DNA from: Phoronis australis
Lineage: Eukaryota; Animalia; Phoronida
Direction: 5' to 3'
Assembly: GCA_002633005.1 (NCBI GenBank)
Contig: NMRA01000561.1
Location: 72,570 to 118,514 of the forward strand
DNA: 45,945 nucleotides
Positions 24,101 through 36,100 of this stretch are shown piece by piece. The position numbers and the translations under genes are program-made. Under the pieces are notes generated by a model. That model was not told the DNA's origin, ran no database searches, and saw only the letters and a program-made list of their open reading frames with translations. Numbering within the stretch: the stretch's first letter is position 1; every line of letters starts with the position of its first letter.

Positions 24101-27100
24101 ATTAGTGGTATAGATTAGTTACCACACAGAGAGACTATCTGACAGGCAATGAGCACTGCACTATAATGACTTGAATGACTTCTCATCAACACAACATATT
24201 ATCTCCATAGTCTCACAAGAATATCACAATCACTTGTACGGATATCACCATACAATGGAACTAACTAACTGAAGTGACTTGAAAAACACAGCTGAAACAT
24301 TCTTGACATTTTCCTTTGCTTAATAATTTTATCTTTGCCCAGAATTGTCAAAAACATATAACGGACTTTAATGAAGTTTTTATTCTCAAGAGAAGATTTA
24401 CCTGTTAACGAGGTCTAGCACCTGTATGAACTCATCAAACTTGAAGTGTGACAGGTCGGTGGAACTGACATAAGCCTTCACCTTCTGTTGGACGTCGCCC
24501 CAGATTCTGGTCAGACCAAGCTCCAGCTTCTGTTGTACGTAGCGACGGTTGAAGCTAGCTTCAATACTGCTGCTAGACCCTGTAATGAAATCATTTGGTG
24601 AAGGTGATGATTGTTCTTTAGCAACGGGCTAACTTGCCCTGTTGTTACTCGACCCTGCAGTGAAATCCACCATCAGAAGTGAATGGTGTTATCCAGCAAG
24701 GTGTCCACTACTGCTGCATATAATAACATCCAAACTTAGCCTCTGCACTGCTATTAGACCATGCGGTGTGATCTTACAGGGTGGAGTCACTTTCTACACA
24801 AAACAGTGCATTATGATCCCTTTTAGTCACTCTCTACACTACTAGCACACAGTGCACTAGGATCGCTTGTAGTCACTCTTTACACTGCTAACACACAGTG
24901 CACTAGGATCGCTTGTAGTCACTCTTTACACTAATAACACACAGTGCACTGGGATCCCTTGTAGTCACTCTTTACACTGCTACACACAGTGCACTAGGAT
25001 CCCTTGTAGTCATTCTTTACACTGCTACACACAGTGCACTGGGATCCCTTACAGTCATTCTCTACACTACTATCACACAATGCACTGGGATTGCTTGCAG
25101 TCAGTCTTTACACAACTAACACAGTGCACTAGAATCACCTGTCACAGTTGACTGCTTGAACTGAGGCCTGTTTCAGCTTGGTCATTAGATGCTATAACAG
25201 GTTCATATGGAATCCAAAAAAGCAACAAAAATACATATGGAATAGTTACACCAAATAGAGATGCAATCAGATTCTCGGCCGATCGTCACAGTGATCTCAA
25301 CTCCTATTGGAGGAATTCACTCCAATCACAGAGCTTCTCCATGGAATCATCATCATGCACTTCAGATTGAACTCTGATCATTAAGAGTTAACTCCCCTGT
25401 ATTACCTGCATCAACAACACAGTCATTTTTATCCTGCTGCTCATGCCACTGAATTGTTTTGTGGTAACTCTTCATTACTTCCCATAATGCCTTGCAGAGG
25501 TCGATCAGGCAAGGAATGAATGTTTCATGGCTGATGTGCTGTAAGAAATTGATGAACTTAAATGAGATGTTTTGAGTGAAGTCCTACGACAGGCGTGATT
25601 ATAGTGGTGTTAAAATGACACACTAGAAGAGAAGATTGTTTCTTGAGACGGATACAAATTCACGATCTCAATGGTTGAAATTCAACGCTTTGCTAGAAAA
25701 GCAGAGGAGTATTTAAGAATATTTAACTGATAAAAAGTCACTGACAATTAACACTGAGAATAGGTAATTTGTAATAAAATCACAAAAACAGATTCTGTCT
25801 TACAACTAATAACTTCAACAAGTCTGTCTCATCCAGCAATAACTTCAACAAGTTTGTCTCATCCAACAATAACTTCAACAAGTCTGTCTCATCCAGCAAT
25901 AATTCTAACAAGTCTGTCTCATCCAACAATAACTTTAACAAGTGTGTCTCATCCAGCAATAACTTCAACTAGTCTGTCTCATCCAGCAATAACTTTAACA
26001 AGTCTGTCCCATCCAACAATTACTTTAACAAGTCTATCCCATCCTACAATAACTCCAACAAGTGTGTCTCATTCAACAATAACTTCAACAAGTCTGTCTC
26101 ATCCAACAATAACTTCAACAAGTCTGTCTCATCCAACAATAACTCCAACAAGTCTGTCTCATCCAACAATAACTTCAACAAGTCTGCCTCGTCCAGCAAT
26201 AACTCCATCAAGTCTGTCTCATCCAACAATAACTCCAACAAGTCTGTCTCATCCAGCAGTAACTTCAACAAGTCTGTCTCATCCAAAAATAACTCCAACA
26301 AGTCTGTCTCGTCCAACAATAACTCTAACAAGTGTGTCTCATCCAACTATAACTCCAACAAGTCTGTCTCGTCCAACAGTGACTTGAACAAGTCTGTCTC
26401 ATCCAGCAATAACTTCAACAAGTCTGTCTCATCCAACAATAACTTCAACAAGTCTGTCTCATCCAACAATAACTCAGTCTCATCCAACAATAACTCCAAC
26501 ATGTCTGTCTCATCCAACAATAACTTCAACAAGTCTGTCTCATACAACAATAACTTCAACAAGTCTGTCTCATCCAACAATGACTTCAACAAGCCTGTCT
26601 CATCCAACAATAACTTCAACATGTCTGTCTCATACAACAATAACTTCAACAAGTCTGTCCCATCCAGCACTAACTCTAACAAGCCTGTCTCATCCAGCAA
26701 TAACTTCAGCGAGTCTGTCTCATCCAGCAATAACTTCAACATGTCTGTCCACCCAACATTATTTTTGCCCCTTTATGGAAACACGTATACATTTCCCAAA
26801 GCACTTTAAGGAACTATAAAAACAATACAGACTTCAAAACTGCAAACCATTCTGAAAATCACAAACGTGACATTCAAGTGTGCAAGGGACTTACACTACA
26901 AAGGTCGTTATATTGTCGTTTCTGGAATGTGTTGTCACCCGTGCCGGAGGTGAGTTCCACGTAGCCCAGGACGATGGTGAAAGCTGTCATGTGTATAGCG
27001 CTTGTGAAGTGCATATGCAGCTGATCCATGGCCGTCTGAAAGGAATGTGAACATGACAGCTTTGAGCGTGCATGCAGGGATGTGCAACTGACATGGCAGG

Positions 27101-30100
27101 AACGGTGCCACAGCAAATTTGTTCAATTTGTCTCCCATGTCAGGTATTTGAAATACAAAGGAGGTTCAGTAGTAACCAGCATATTGCGGGAATATTGCTG
27201 CATAGTGCATACTAACCAGTATATGAACTTGTAGGATCCTTATCTAAGAAAACAGAATATTGCTGGCGATACCTTTCTGGAGTCTCTGCCACTAAGGTAC
27301 ATGCAGCTCATGTTGTCAATATGACGCCATATTGAAGAATGCTACACAGGAGAAAAATGGCCGAAAACACTGGGAGCCCCACGGCATCAGTCAGGACATG
27401 TGGGGGCCCGCAGTGTTATGCCTGCAGCCAAAGAGTTAAGTTTTTTGGTCCTGTCATTGAGTCATGGGTTTTTTGGTTCTGACATGGAGTTTAGTGGTGC
27501 TGCAACTAGGTTTTTATGTTCTGCCAACAGAGTTTAAGCGGAGTGACTATATACGTTGTTTCCACATCAGTCTTGGTGATTGAGATCATATAAGATTAAT
27601 TAAAAAGACAATCATTGACCACCATATGCTGTTATCCAATGATGGTGCTGTTTGTTAATTATAGTAAATATTTGGTATTAATGACAATCATATGTATTTT
27701 TACTTGTACTGAAAAAAAAATCCCCGAACTTACTTGCTAGCCATTGAAATCAGTACATCTAAGTGAATAGTGTATTCTCTATTGAAATATATACTGCTTT
27801 CAAAACTCGTTTCTTAATATGTATTCCAAAATCAGATGTTTTCTGCTGTATCAAAACAAACAAATCTCTGCAAAGTCTGTACTTATGTCGAAGTTGATAT
27901 TGGAAATTTTGTAGATTTGCACAGCTTGCTTACGAACTCTCTGTTTTGTGACGAAACTTGCGCAAAAAAGTAAAGTCCATAGAAACCCAAATATCAAACC
28001 TGTACGACTGAATTACGCATCCAATCTTTACCCAAAATACAGAATTTCCCACTCGAAACCGAATGGAAATATACCCAACCGAGCTGATGTAGCATTAGTT
28101 ACGACCCCGTGAAAAATGACCGTGGTTAGTTTTTTCACAGGGTCTCGGGGAAACTGAAAAAACGATATACCCGCTTTCTTTGCAGACGAACCACTGACGT
28201 CACCGTGTCGTTTCTCACCTTCCTCATAGGTTAACGCGACACCTCTCGGCAAGGTGTGGTCGACCGTATAAGAGGCGATGTGGATATAGACTGATTAAGA
28301 CAGTAAAAAAGACTAATTAAATCAGGTGGCATTCTCCTTTAAGTCCATTCTGGCAATTAGGGTTGGAGTGTCAGCTCTCTTTTATTCGATAATTGCTCTA
28401 ATCTGCGATAAGATTGTAGAGTCCTATATCCTCACTGGGCTGTGCTGTTAAAAACAACTTAAGTTATAAAATGCTTGAACATAAACCAATGACATTTCTG
28501 AAGTGCCCATCAAATACTGATCAAGCTTATAGTTTTTGAATCACCAAAATTGCCCAACTACAATTGAAGTTAAGACAATGTACTGGGTTAGACTGTGTTC
28601 ACATGTGATCAGTTATAAGCCTGGAGGCATGTTGTCCTACCAGACAAAAGACTACCGTATTCGCCGTAATAACCGCCCATGCCCCTATAAGCGCCCCCCC
28701 ACGCGTTTTCAGACTTTGCTGAAATAAGCGCCCAGTCCATGAACGTGTACATGCGAACAATGACATACCTACAGTCCTAAAACTCGGCTACAGTAACGTC
28801 TTCAATTTATCAAAAAAATTTTGCACGGGTCTCCTAGACCACCAGCGGCACTGCTATGTTTGTACAAGTTAGCCGTGACTTTACACTTCAAAGTAACGCA
28901 GCACTTCAAAAAGAACGCAACAGCGTTGCTAGGCTCTCGCGACGACCGCGTCCCACTATGGTCAGACCTTTCAGTAGACACATCATCTGTCTCATGAATA
29001 AAAATAACTCGGTGTTAAACGCACGTGGCCAGGAAGCGCGCGCTACATACATGAACCTGTCATCAAAGACATTAGTCGGGAACTATCCATTCATGAAACG
29101 GGTAGCATAGCATCGATGAGAAATGAAAATTGGCACTAATTTCCGACAATTTCTAATACTATAAAACATGTTTGCGTTATTTTTGAGATGGATTGTTTGA
29201 TTAACCATAATTGGTGTTTTTAAGCCAAATATCCGATAAAATGACAACTGACAGTGAATGCTTACACACCCTTACACCGAAAAATAACTGTCAGATAGTT
29301 ACGTACGCATCCAGCTACACGGCGACCATATGGGCCCTACCGAGACAAATGTCGAAAGTTTTTAGCACGAGACCGGCAAGTGCTGAATGAAACACGCTCT
29401 GGTTTAAGCCTACTGCTTGTGCAAATTTCTTTACACACATCTAGCTAGTTAGATTGCGTGGCTCTGGCCAAAAGACGGTCTCTGCTTTGGCAAATGAACT
29501 CTGGTGACACGCACGCGCTCGCTTACTCGCAGACGAACTTCAAAACAAACGTCACGTGACAATAACATTGTGTGTTCGTCCAGACATTTTTCTCGCCGTG
29601 TTGCCGATCATACATGTCGATGGCACGATGTTGTACAGATTTGTACTTAAACCTGCCGTTAATCCAGATTCCACGAGAACTTAAAAAATCTTGGAGACGC
29701 TACTTATAAAACTTAATGAGGATTTCAGGTAATTTGCTTGAGATGAAAAAATGTTTATTCAAGCATTGACGTCGCCGTATCAAAGACGGCGATTTCGAGG
29801 CAGTCAGTCGGCGAGTTTTCGCCCTGGGATTTCAGCACAATTTTCTGTAACATGATCGTAATTTAGCAGCAAAGTTTGACAGCAATGCACCACAGTTTTG
29901 TTGAAAGTCTTTCATAGATTACATATACGTCACAGCGTAAATTTGATGAATCATAGCTTCCGATTTCACCCGTTTCGGAGACTGAGTTTCAATCGCCTTG
30001 GGTTATAATAAGCGCCCCCCCCTGAACCGAACTTTTCTAAGCGCCCTGGGCGGTTATTACGGAGAATACGGTATGCTCGGCAGTTAACAAAGGAGCTAGA

Positions 30101-33100
30101 TGTTATCACACGTTCACAACATCTGTACTGAACGGGAGAACGCACTAATGAACTTTAAAAACCATTTATTTACATGACTCCAATGAGGTCACTTTTTACA
30201 GTAGTTCACATTAAATTTAGACTCCATTAAAAGCGACCCGGGCCATATTTTAATTTAACAAAGTTACCCGGGGTCATTGTTCAACACTCAGTGAAAAGGC
30301 TTATTGGGGCACCACGAGTGAGCAGCACGTCTCCTAGGTTATCTCTTCCTGATATAACGTATTTGCAAACACAATTTGGACACAAGGTCCTCAATACAGA
30401 AAATTGACACATTAAAGTTATGCAGGAGCCCACAAACTGTCCAGTGTTCTTCACAACAGAAAACTCTATCTCAACAACAACTACATGTTTGACAGTCCTA
30501 TCCATGTTCAAACTGGGCAGGGTTTGTATGCAAAGACCTCAGTGCACTCAACATGTTTGACAGCCCATGTTCATACTGGGGAGGGTTTGTATGCGAAGAC
30601 CTAGTAAGTACATTGAACATTTTGACAGTCCATGTTCTTACAGGAAAGGGTTTGTATGCAAAGACCTCAGTGCACTGAACTGGTGCTAACAATAACAAAT
30701 GCGTTACCACGCAGTTTTAAAATAAGGACAAGTCGTTCTGAGTTCAAATTTAATGTAGGTGAGTTAAATTCATTGCACCGACATATAAACGCGTTACAAA
30801 CAGGTTGTGGAGAACACTGTGAGGCTAAATTCCTTCCACAGGTGCCTAACCTCATTACTATACATGTACACTCATGCTGCATGATGACAACTTACCTGTG
30901 TCTTCCCCAGTAACCTATAGGCTGTCTGTACCTTGTCATAGTGACTTGTATCAAAATTAGAACAGGTCTTGGACAGGGCCACATCTAACTGTTCTTCAAT
31001 CATCACCAGAGTGTCTTGTAGCTTGGAGTTCAGCTCACTAGCAAAAACAAAGGCAACTTAAGTTCAATACTGAATGTAAATGAAACTAATTATTAATTTA
31101 TGTAAATGAAACTACTTAATTATTCATTTATGGTAATAACAAAAAATGAGATGACCACTTCACTGCTTTGGAAGAGTGCCCTCATGAATATGACAGGAAA
31201 TACACTAAAATTCAATACAATACAACAATACAATACAAGAGTACATGGAACTTGAGCAGTAAACAGAGTTTGCATAGCAAAGCAATGTCTTAAATGTAGC
31301 AGTTGACTTCACAACACAAGAGCTACTCCGAAGAGAACTTGAGGAGATTAAAAATGATTATCTAATCTCATAAGCATCTGCTAACTGTTGAAACTTGAAG
31401 CAAAACTAATTTTAAATCTTGTTTTCAAACAAAACACTTTGTCGGTTCTTTTTTCAGTGTCTACACGCAAATTTGTCAAAACTGTATCCAGTTTGCCATT
31501 GCTCAATTCAAAGCCTACAGACTATGCCATGCAGCTCAGTGTACCAGAACTTGAATTTTTAATCTCATTGTGATCTGAAATATAATACAACCCCACATTT
31601 ACCACTTACGACATGGGGACTGATCTCGTCTCAGACTCATGGAAGACCTGACCTGACTACAAAGCAATTGCTAGTCTGTTGAACAACTCTGGGGACTGCT
31701 TATTGACATTACCCGAGTATGGCCAGTAAGCAATACATCACCACTGGCTTGGCATAAAGTGTTCATTCAGAAAAGAAGATTAGAATATCGACAGTACATG
31801 TACTGCAGAGCACAAACTGACACACTTCCACCGACTGTTTGATCTTGACTATTCGGACACACCCACCTAATACATTTATAATGCCTGAAAGTGCTAGCAG
31901 CCTTCTGACACTCCAAACACAGCTGTATAGCACCAGGATAATCTTCTTCCTCCATCATCTCACGCAGACGGATATCAGTTCTTTGCTGAAACAGCAGACA
32001 ACGTTTCATGACACAGTTTTTCAAGCAAATTTCAATACTTGAAATGAGAATATCTAGGCAGTGTTACTCTTATCCAATCCAATTCCTTCAATATAACTCA
32101 GGCCAGACTACAATTCCTTCAATATCCTTAAGGCCAGACTACAATTTCTTCAATATAACTAAGACTAGACAACAATTCCTTCAATATCACTCTGGCCAAG
32201 CCATAATTCCTTCGATATAACTCAGACCAGACCACAGTTCCTTCAATATCACTCAGGCCAGACTACAATTCCTTCAATATAACTCACGCCAGACTACAAT
32301 TCCTTCAATATAACTAAGACTAGACAACAATTCCTTCAATATCACTCTGGCCAAGCCACAATTCCTTCGATATAACTCAGACCAGACCACAGTTCCTTCA
32401 ATATCACTCAGGCCAGACTACAATTCCTTCAATACAACTAAGACTAGACTACAATTCAAAACAATTGTCTTAGTGCTCAAAAGAAAACTAATCAATGTTG
32501 AAATACAGTTACTAGAAACAATATTTTGTTTCACCTATTTCTGGATATCTAATAAGTTGAACAAAATGTCATTAATCTTCAAAAGTAAGAATGTTTGAAG
32601 GCTAGTAAGCTACATGAAATCCCAAACTTTATCCTTCAGTAAAATTTAACCAAGGTTATTTGTCCACATCAGGTGTTGTGTTCCACTTACAAGAGTCTTG
32701 ATGGTTCTCAAAGACTTGAGCAGGGCCATGAGTTGCTGCCTCTTCCTATAGTTAGCCAACAAACTGAGGCTGGCTGTTGTAAAGCCTTGTTTAGCCATGG
32801 CCAGTTGTCTGTAAGATGAGTGGAATAAAGCAAATGAGTATGCTTTGAAATATTGATGTCTGCTTCATTTAAAGATAAAAAATTAAAAATAAAATTGTAA
32901 AGCATTAATCTGGTACTAGATAGGGGATATACTCAGTTTTAAAAAAACTGGGCCCGGTCTCCAATCTCCGTACTCAGACTCGAATCATACTCAAGCTCAA
33001 ACTTCATACTCAACTCAAGTACAGACTCAGCTTTGGTCTATTCAATGTCATACTCGAAAAATCTGTATTCAATTTTTGAGTATACTCGAACTGAAGTGTA

Positions 33101-36100
33101 TTTCATCTATATTTCGATAATGATTTTGAGTAAATTTCCGAGTATATGCTCCAAATTTCAAGTTTGGTCTGGCAATGTGCTTGAAATCGTACTCGGAAAT
33201 GAATACAAGCGAGAGAAGAAAATATCGAAAGGCCACCGACAGACACAGCAAATCTAAACAAGAGCAACACAGAGCGTTGAAATGCGCCCACAATTGCATC
33301 GTATACGGTATCCTTCTAGGGTTGTTTATTGGTACCATAAAGTGGCCAGTAGAGGGCATATATGTAGTATGTTGTACTTTGCAAAATGGAAAGGCATGGT
33401 CATTGTCTCCTCAATAGGCTAGGGGCAAAATGTGAGTGATCTTCATAATACAAGCACATCCTATACATCAGTTGCTTAAAGCACCACAGAAACATAGAAT
33501 TAAAAACAAATCTACCAAAACATACGAGATTAGCACAGCATTAGAATGCCAGAAACAAATTTCTACTTGGAACTTTTCCTTCACAGTCACGAAGTAACAC
33601 AAAGCATACACCTGAAGACCTATGAAAATACAGAGGTCAATGTAAAATACTAAAATTGCCACTAGAGGCATACCGGTAGACAGAATCATCCTAAAGTCGT
33701 CATCGTCCGTTGTCAACATCACATAAATACACCTGCTAAATTTAGTAAAGATCCTGCAAACGGTTTGGGAGATACAGTCTGGACAGTCACACAACTTAGA
33801 ACATGGCATGCCTGACTTCAAACAAGAGCACATTTTTTTACTACAATCACTTCTTTTACACTTGCCATTAACATTTTTCATGGCATGTTCTGGGGCTAAA
33901 GGGAGAGTCATCCAGTGGAGCATCACACTACCCGTTCCAATAGCCACCCATTACCAACTGAAGAAGGTGCACTGACATGATGTTCCAAGGCTCGCTTGCG
34001 AATGGCACACTAGTAGTTTGCTCTTTTGGCATGTAACACCAAACAATCATGATTAGGAGGCAGAGATGATTCCATCACAGATTTCAACCTGAATATGTGG
34101 TAGCGTGCTTTGTTGACTGTTGATGAATCGCCGTACAGCTATACAAACGGTTCAATGTCTTCCATGAGTTGACCAGGAAACACAAATTTTGAGCCCAACT
34201 TTAATGACAAAGACAAAGTTCAAAAAATATCTCTGCAAGCCTGCACCCTACTCGAAATAAAAAAGTTTCGACAACCTCAATACTGTTTCATCTAAACACC
34301 TTGTTACGGTAATCCTATTTAACTCAAATAGATAACCAAAATGCTCTTCACTTTAGCACACAGTATGGCCAACAATTGAAATTTCATTTTGTCTCAGTGC
34401 TCAGCAAAAATAAGCATTAAGAGAAATGAGCATCATTACTAGCACTGATTGCACTGTGCATCTGCTTTCAAACAATTTAAAACATAGAAACATTTTAATA
34501 ATTCTTAATACTGTAGATCAGCCTTTGAAAATAGAGGAATAGCCATGTTGGCATAATTATAGTTTTTGTTTGACATTGAAAAGTGTCTTTTTTACCGTAG
34601 AACTAAAATTTCTTTTGACGCTTCCTGTTTTAAATAGCACATAATTGGAAGAGTAAAAATTATCCTTGCTAAAAACTCCAATTCAAGAATCTTCAAAACG
34701 TGAGATACTGAAATTTGTGCAAAATTTGAATTTTCAAGATTAATGAATTACAGAACATAGGCAATATTTCCATTTTTATGTTTCTCAAATTCTAAACACT
34801 GCTCATGATTCTACATACAAGGGTCTCCGAAGAGGCTTAGAAGTTCATAAAAAGCAGTGCTGATCACTCACATGTAGGTAAAAACTACTGCCAGTACCTT
34901 TGAGATTGGACAGCTATTACTACAAATTTATCAAGCAAAATATTTTTTTTTCTGTGCCCTAAATGACACTTTTTCGAATTACGAATAAATAGTCCTATTT
35001 ACAATCGATTGTTTGGAACTTTGATAGGTTTTCAACTTTTCTTTTGTTTGTGAAGTTCCCCTGTGATGAAATTTGATTGGTGGTAAATGGTTCATTGTGG
35101 TGGCAAGACATATAAGGTATATTTCTTTGAGCACTGTTAAATGTACATGTAACTGACAGTGACAATCTCCTTAAGTTTCTAGTGGGCTCAACATTATTTC
35201 CATCATCAGCTTTACTCTTTTCTTATTTAAGAGCTCTTTCAATTTTTGTTACATCCGTAAAGTGTCTGTAACATTGCTTGTGATAGAAGCATTGGCGCAC
35301 CAAGCCCAAAAATGGGGGCTCGAGTTTTTGAGAATCTGGGCATATAATAAGATTCACGGGCTTCTTCAGAGCTACGAATTATGTGTTCGCCGAATTTTGG
35401 TACTTCCTGCCTTTTTAGTGAACTTTTGTCTTGTTATGTACTTTTTTCGGAGTTTTTGTTTCTCTGAGGCGGACCTTTTTACCCACTTTACCAAATGGGG
35501 GAGGCTCGTTCAAGCCCACCCACCCCGAGCATGACAAGATGACAAGGGCTCTGTTTTTTTCACAAAAACTTAAAACCTTCTCAGCAGATACTTCACTTGC
35601 ACTCAATGTTGATACATTTGTTTGCAGTAGCCTTACACATAGTGTACCTAATTATCGGACGGACCCTAAATATTGGATATTTCATAAAATCTTACTTGAA
35701 GCATAATCTGAGAATTAGATGAAACCAATTTTTGTTCCGCTGTAATGCATTCAATGTCTGGCACCATCTCGTTTTTTTACAGCATTGCCTCGTTTTCATT
35801 TCACCGAGAGAGGGTGCAGTTTAGACCCCCAAGTCGGCCTAAAATGGATGATTGCATAAATCGGTTATAAAAGTTGGAAACAAAACCATTTTCCACAATG
35901 AAATGATCTCATTGAACTGACAATATGTCACAGTTTCATTTTTTCATTTGCTTTTAAACTCAAGTCAAACCCCGACCATGCACATGCGGGTGTCATATCA
36001 AGAAGGCAGAGATACTAAAAACTGCATTGAGTTTGCACGTGCTTTAATCATCTGCACTGAATCATCGAAACGGCTTGGGCCGTCACCAGATTTCATTTTA

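Noticed and set aside
25780-26819. Long repetitive ORFs (mucin-like or LRR-like) on both strands
   Set aside because: By-product of the 30-bp minisatellite; exons 7 and 8 join in frame without it
27415-27439. piggyBac-like terminus (GCAGCCAAAGAG|TTAA)
   Set aside because: No matching opposite end was found
29620-29710. THAP-like peptide MARCC...IPRELKKSW inside the Tc1/mariner-type element
   Set aside because: Short, ends in a stop and lacks most THAP residues
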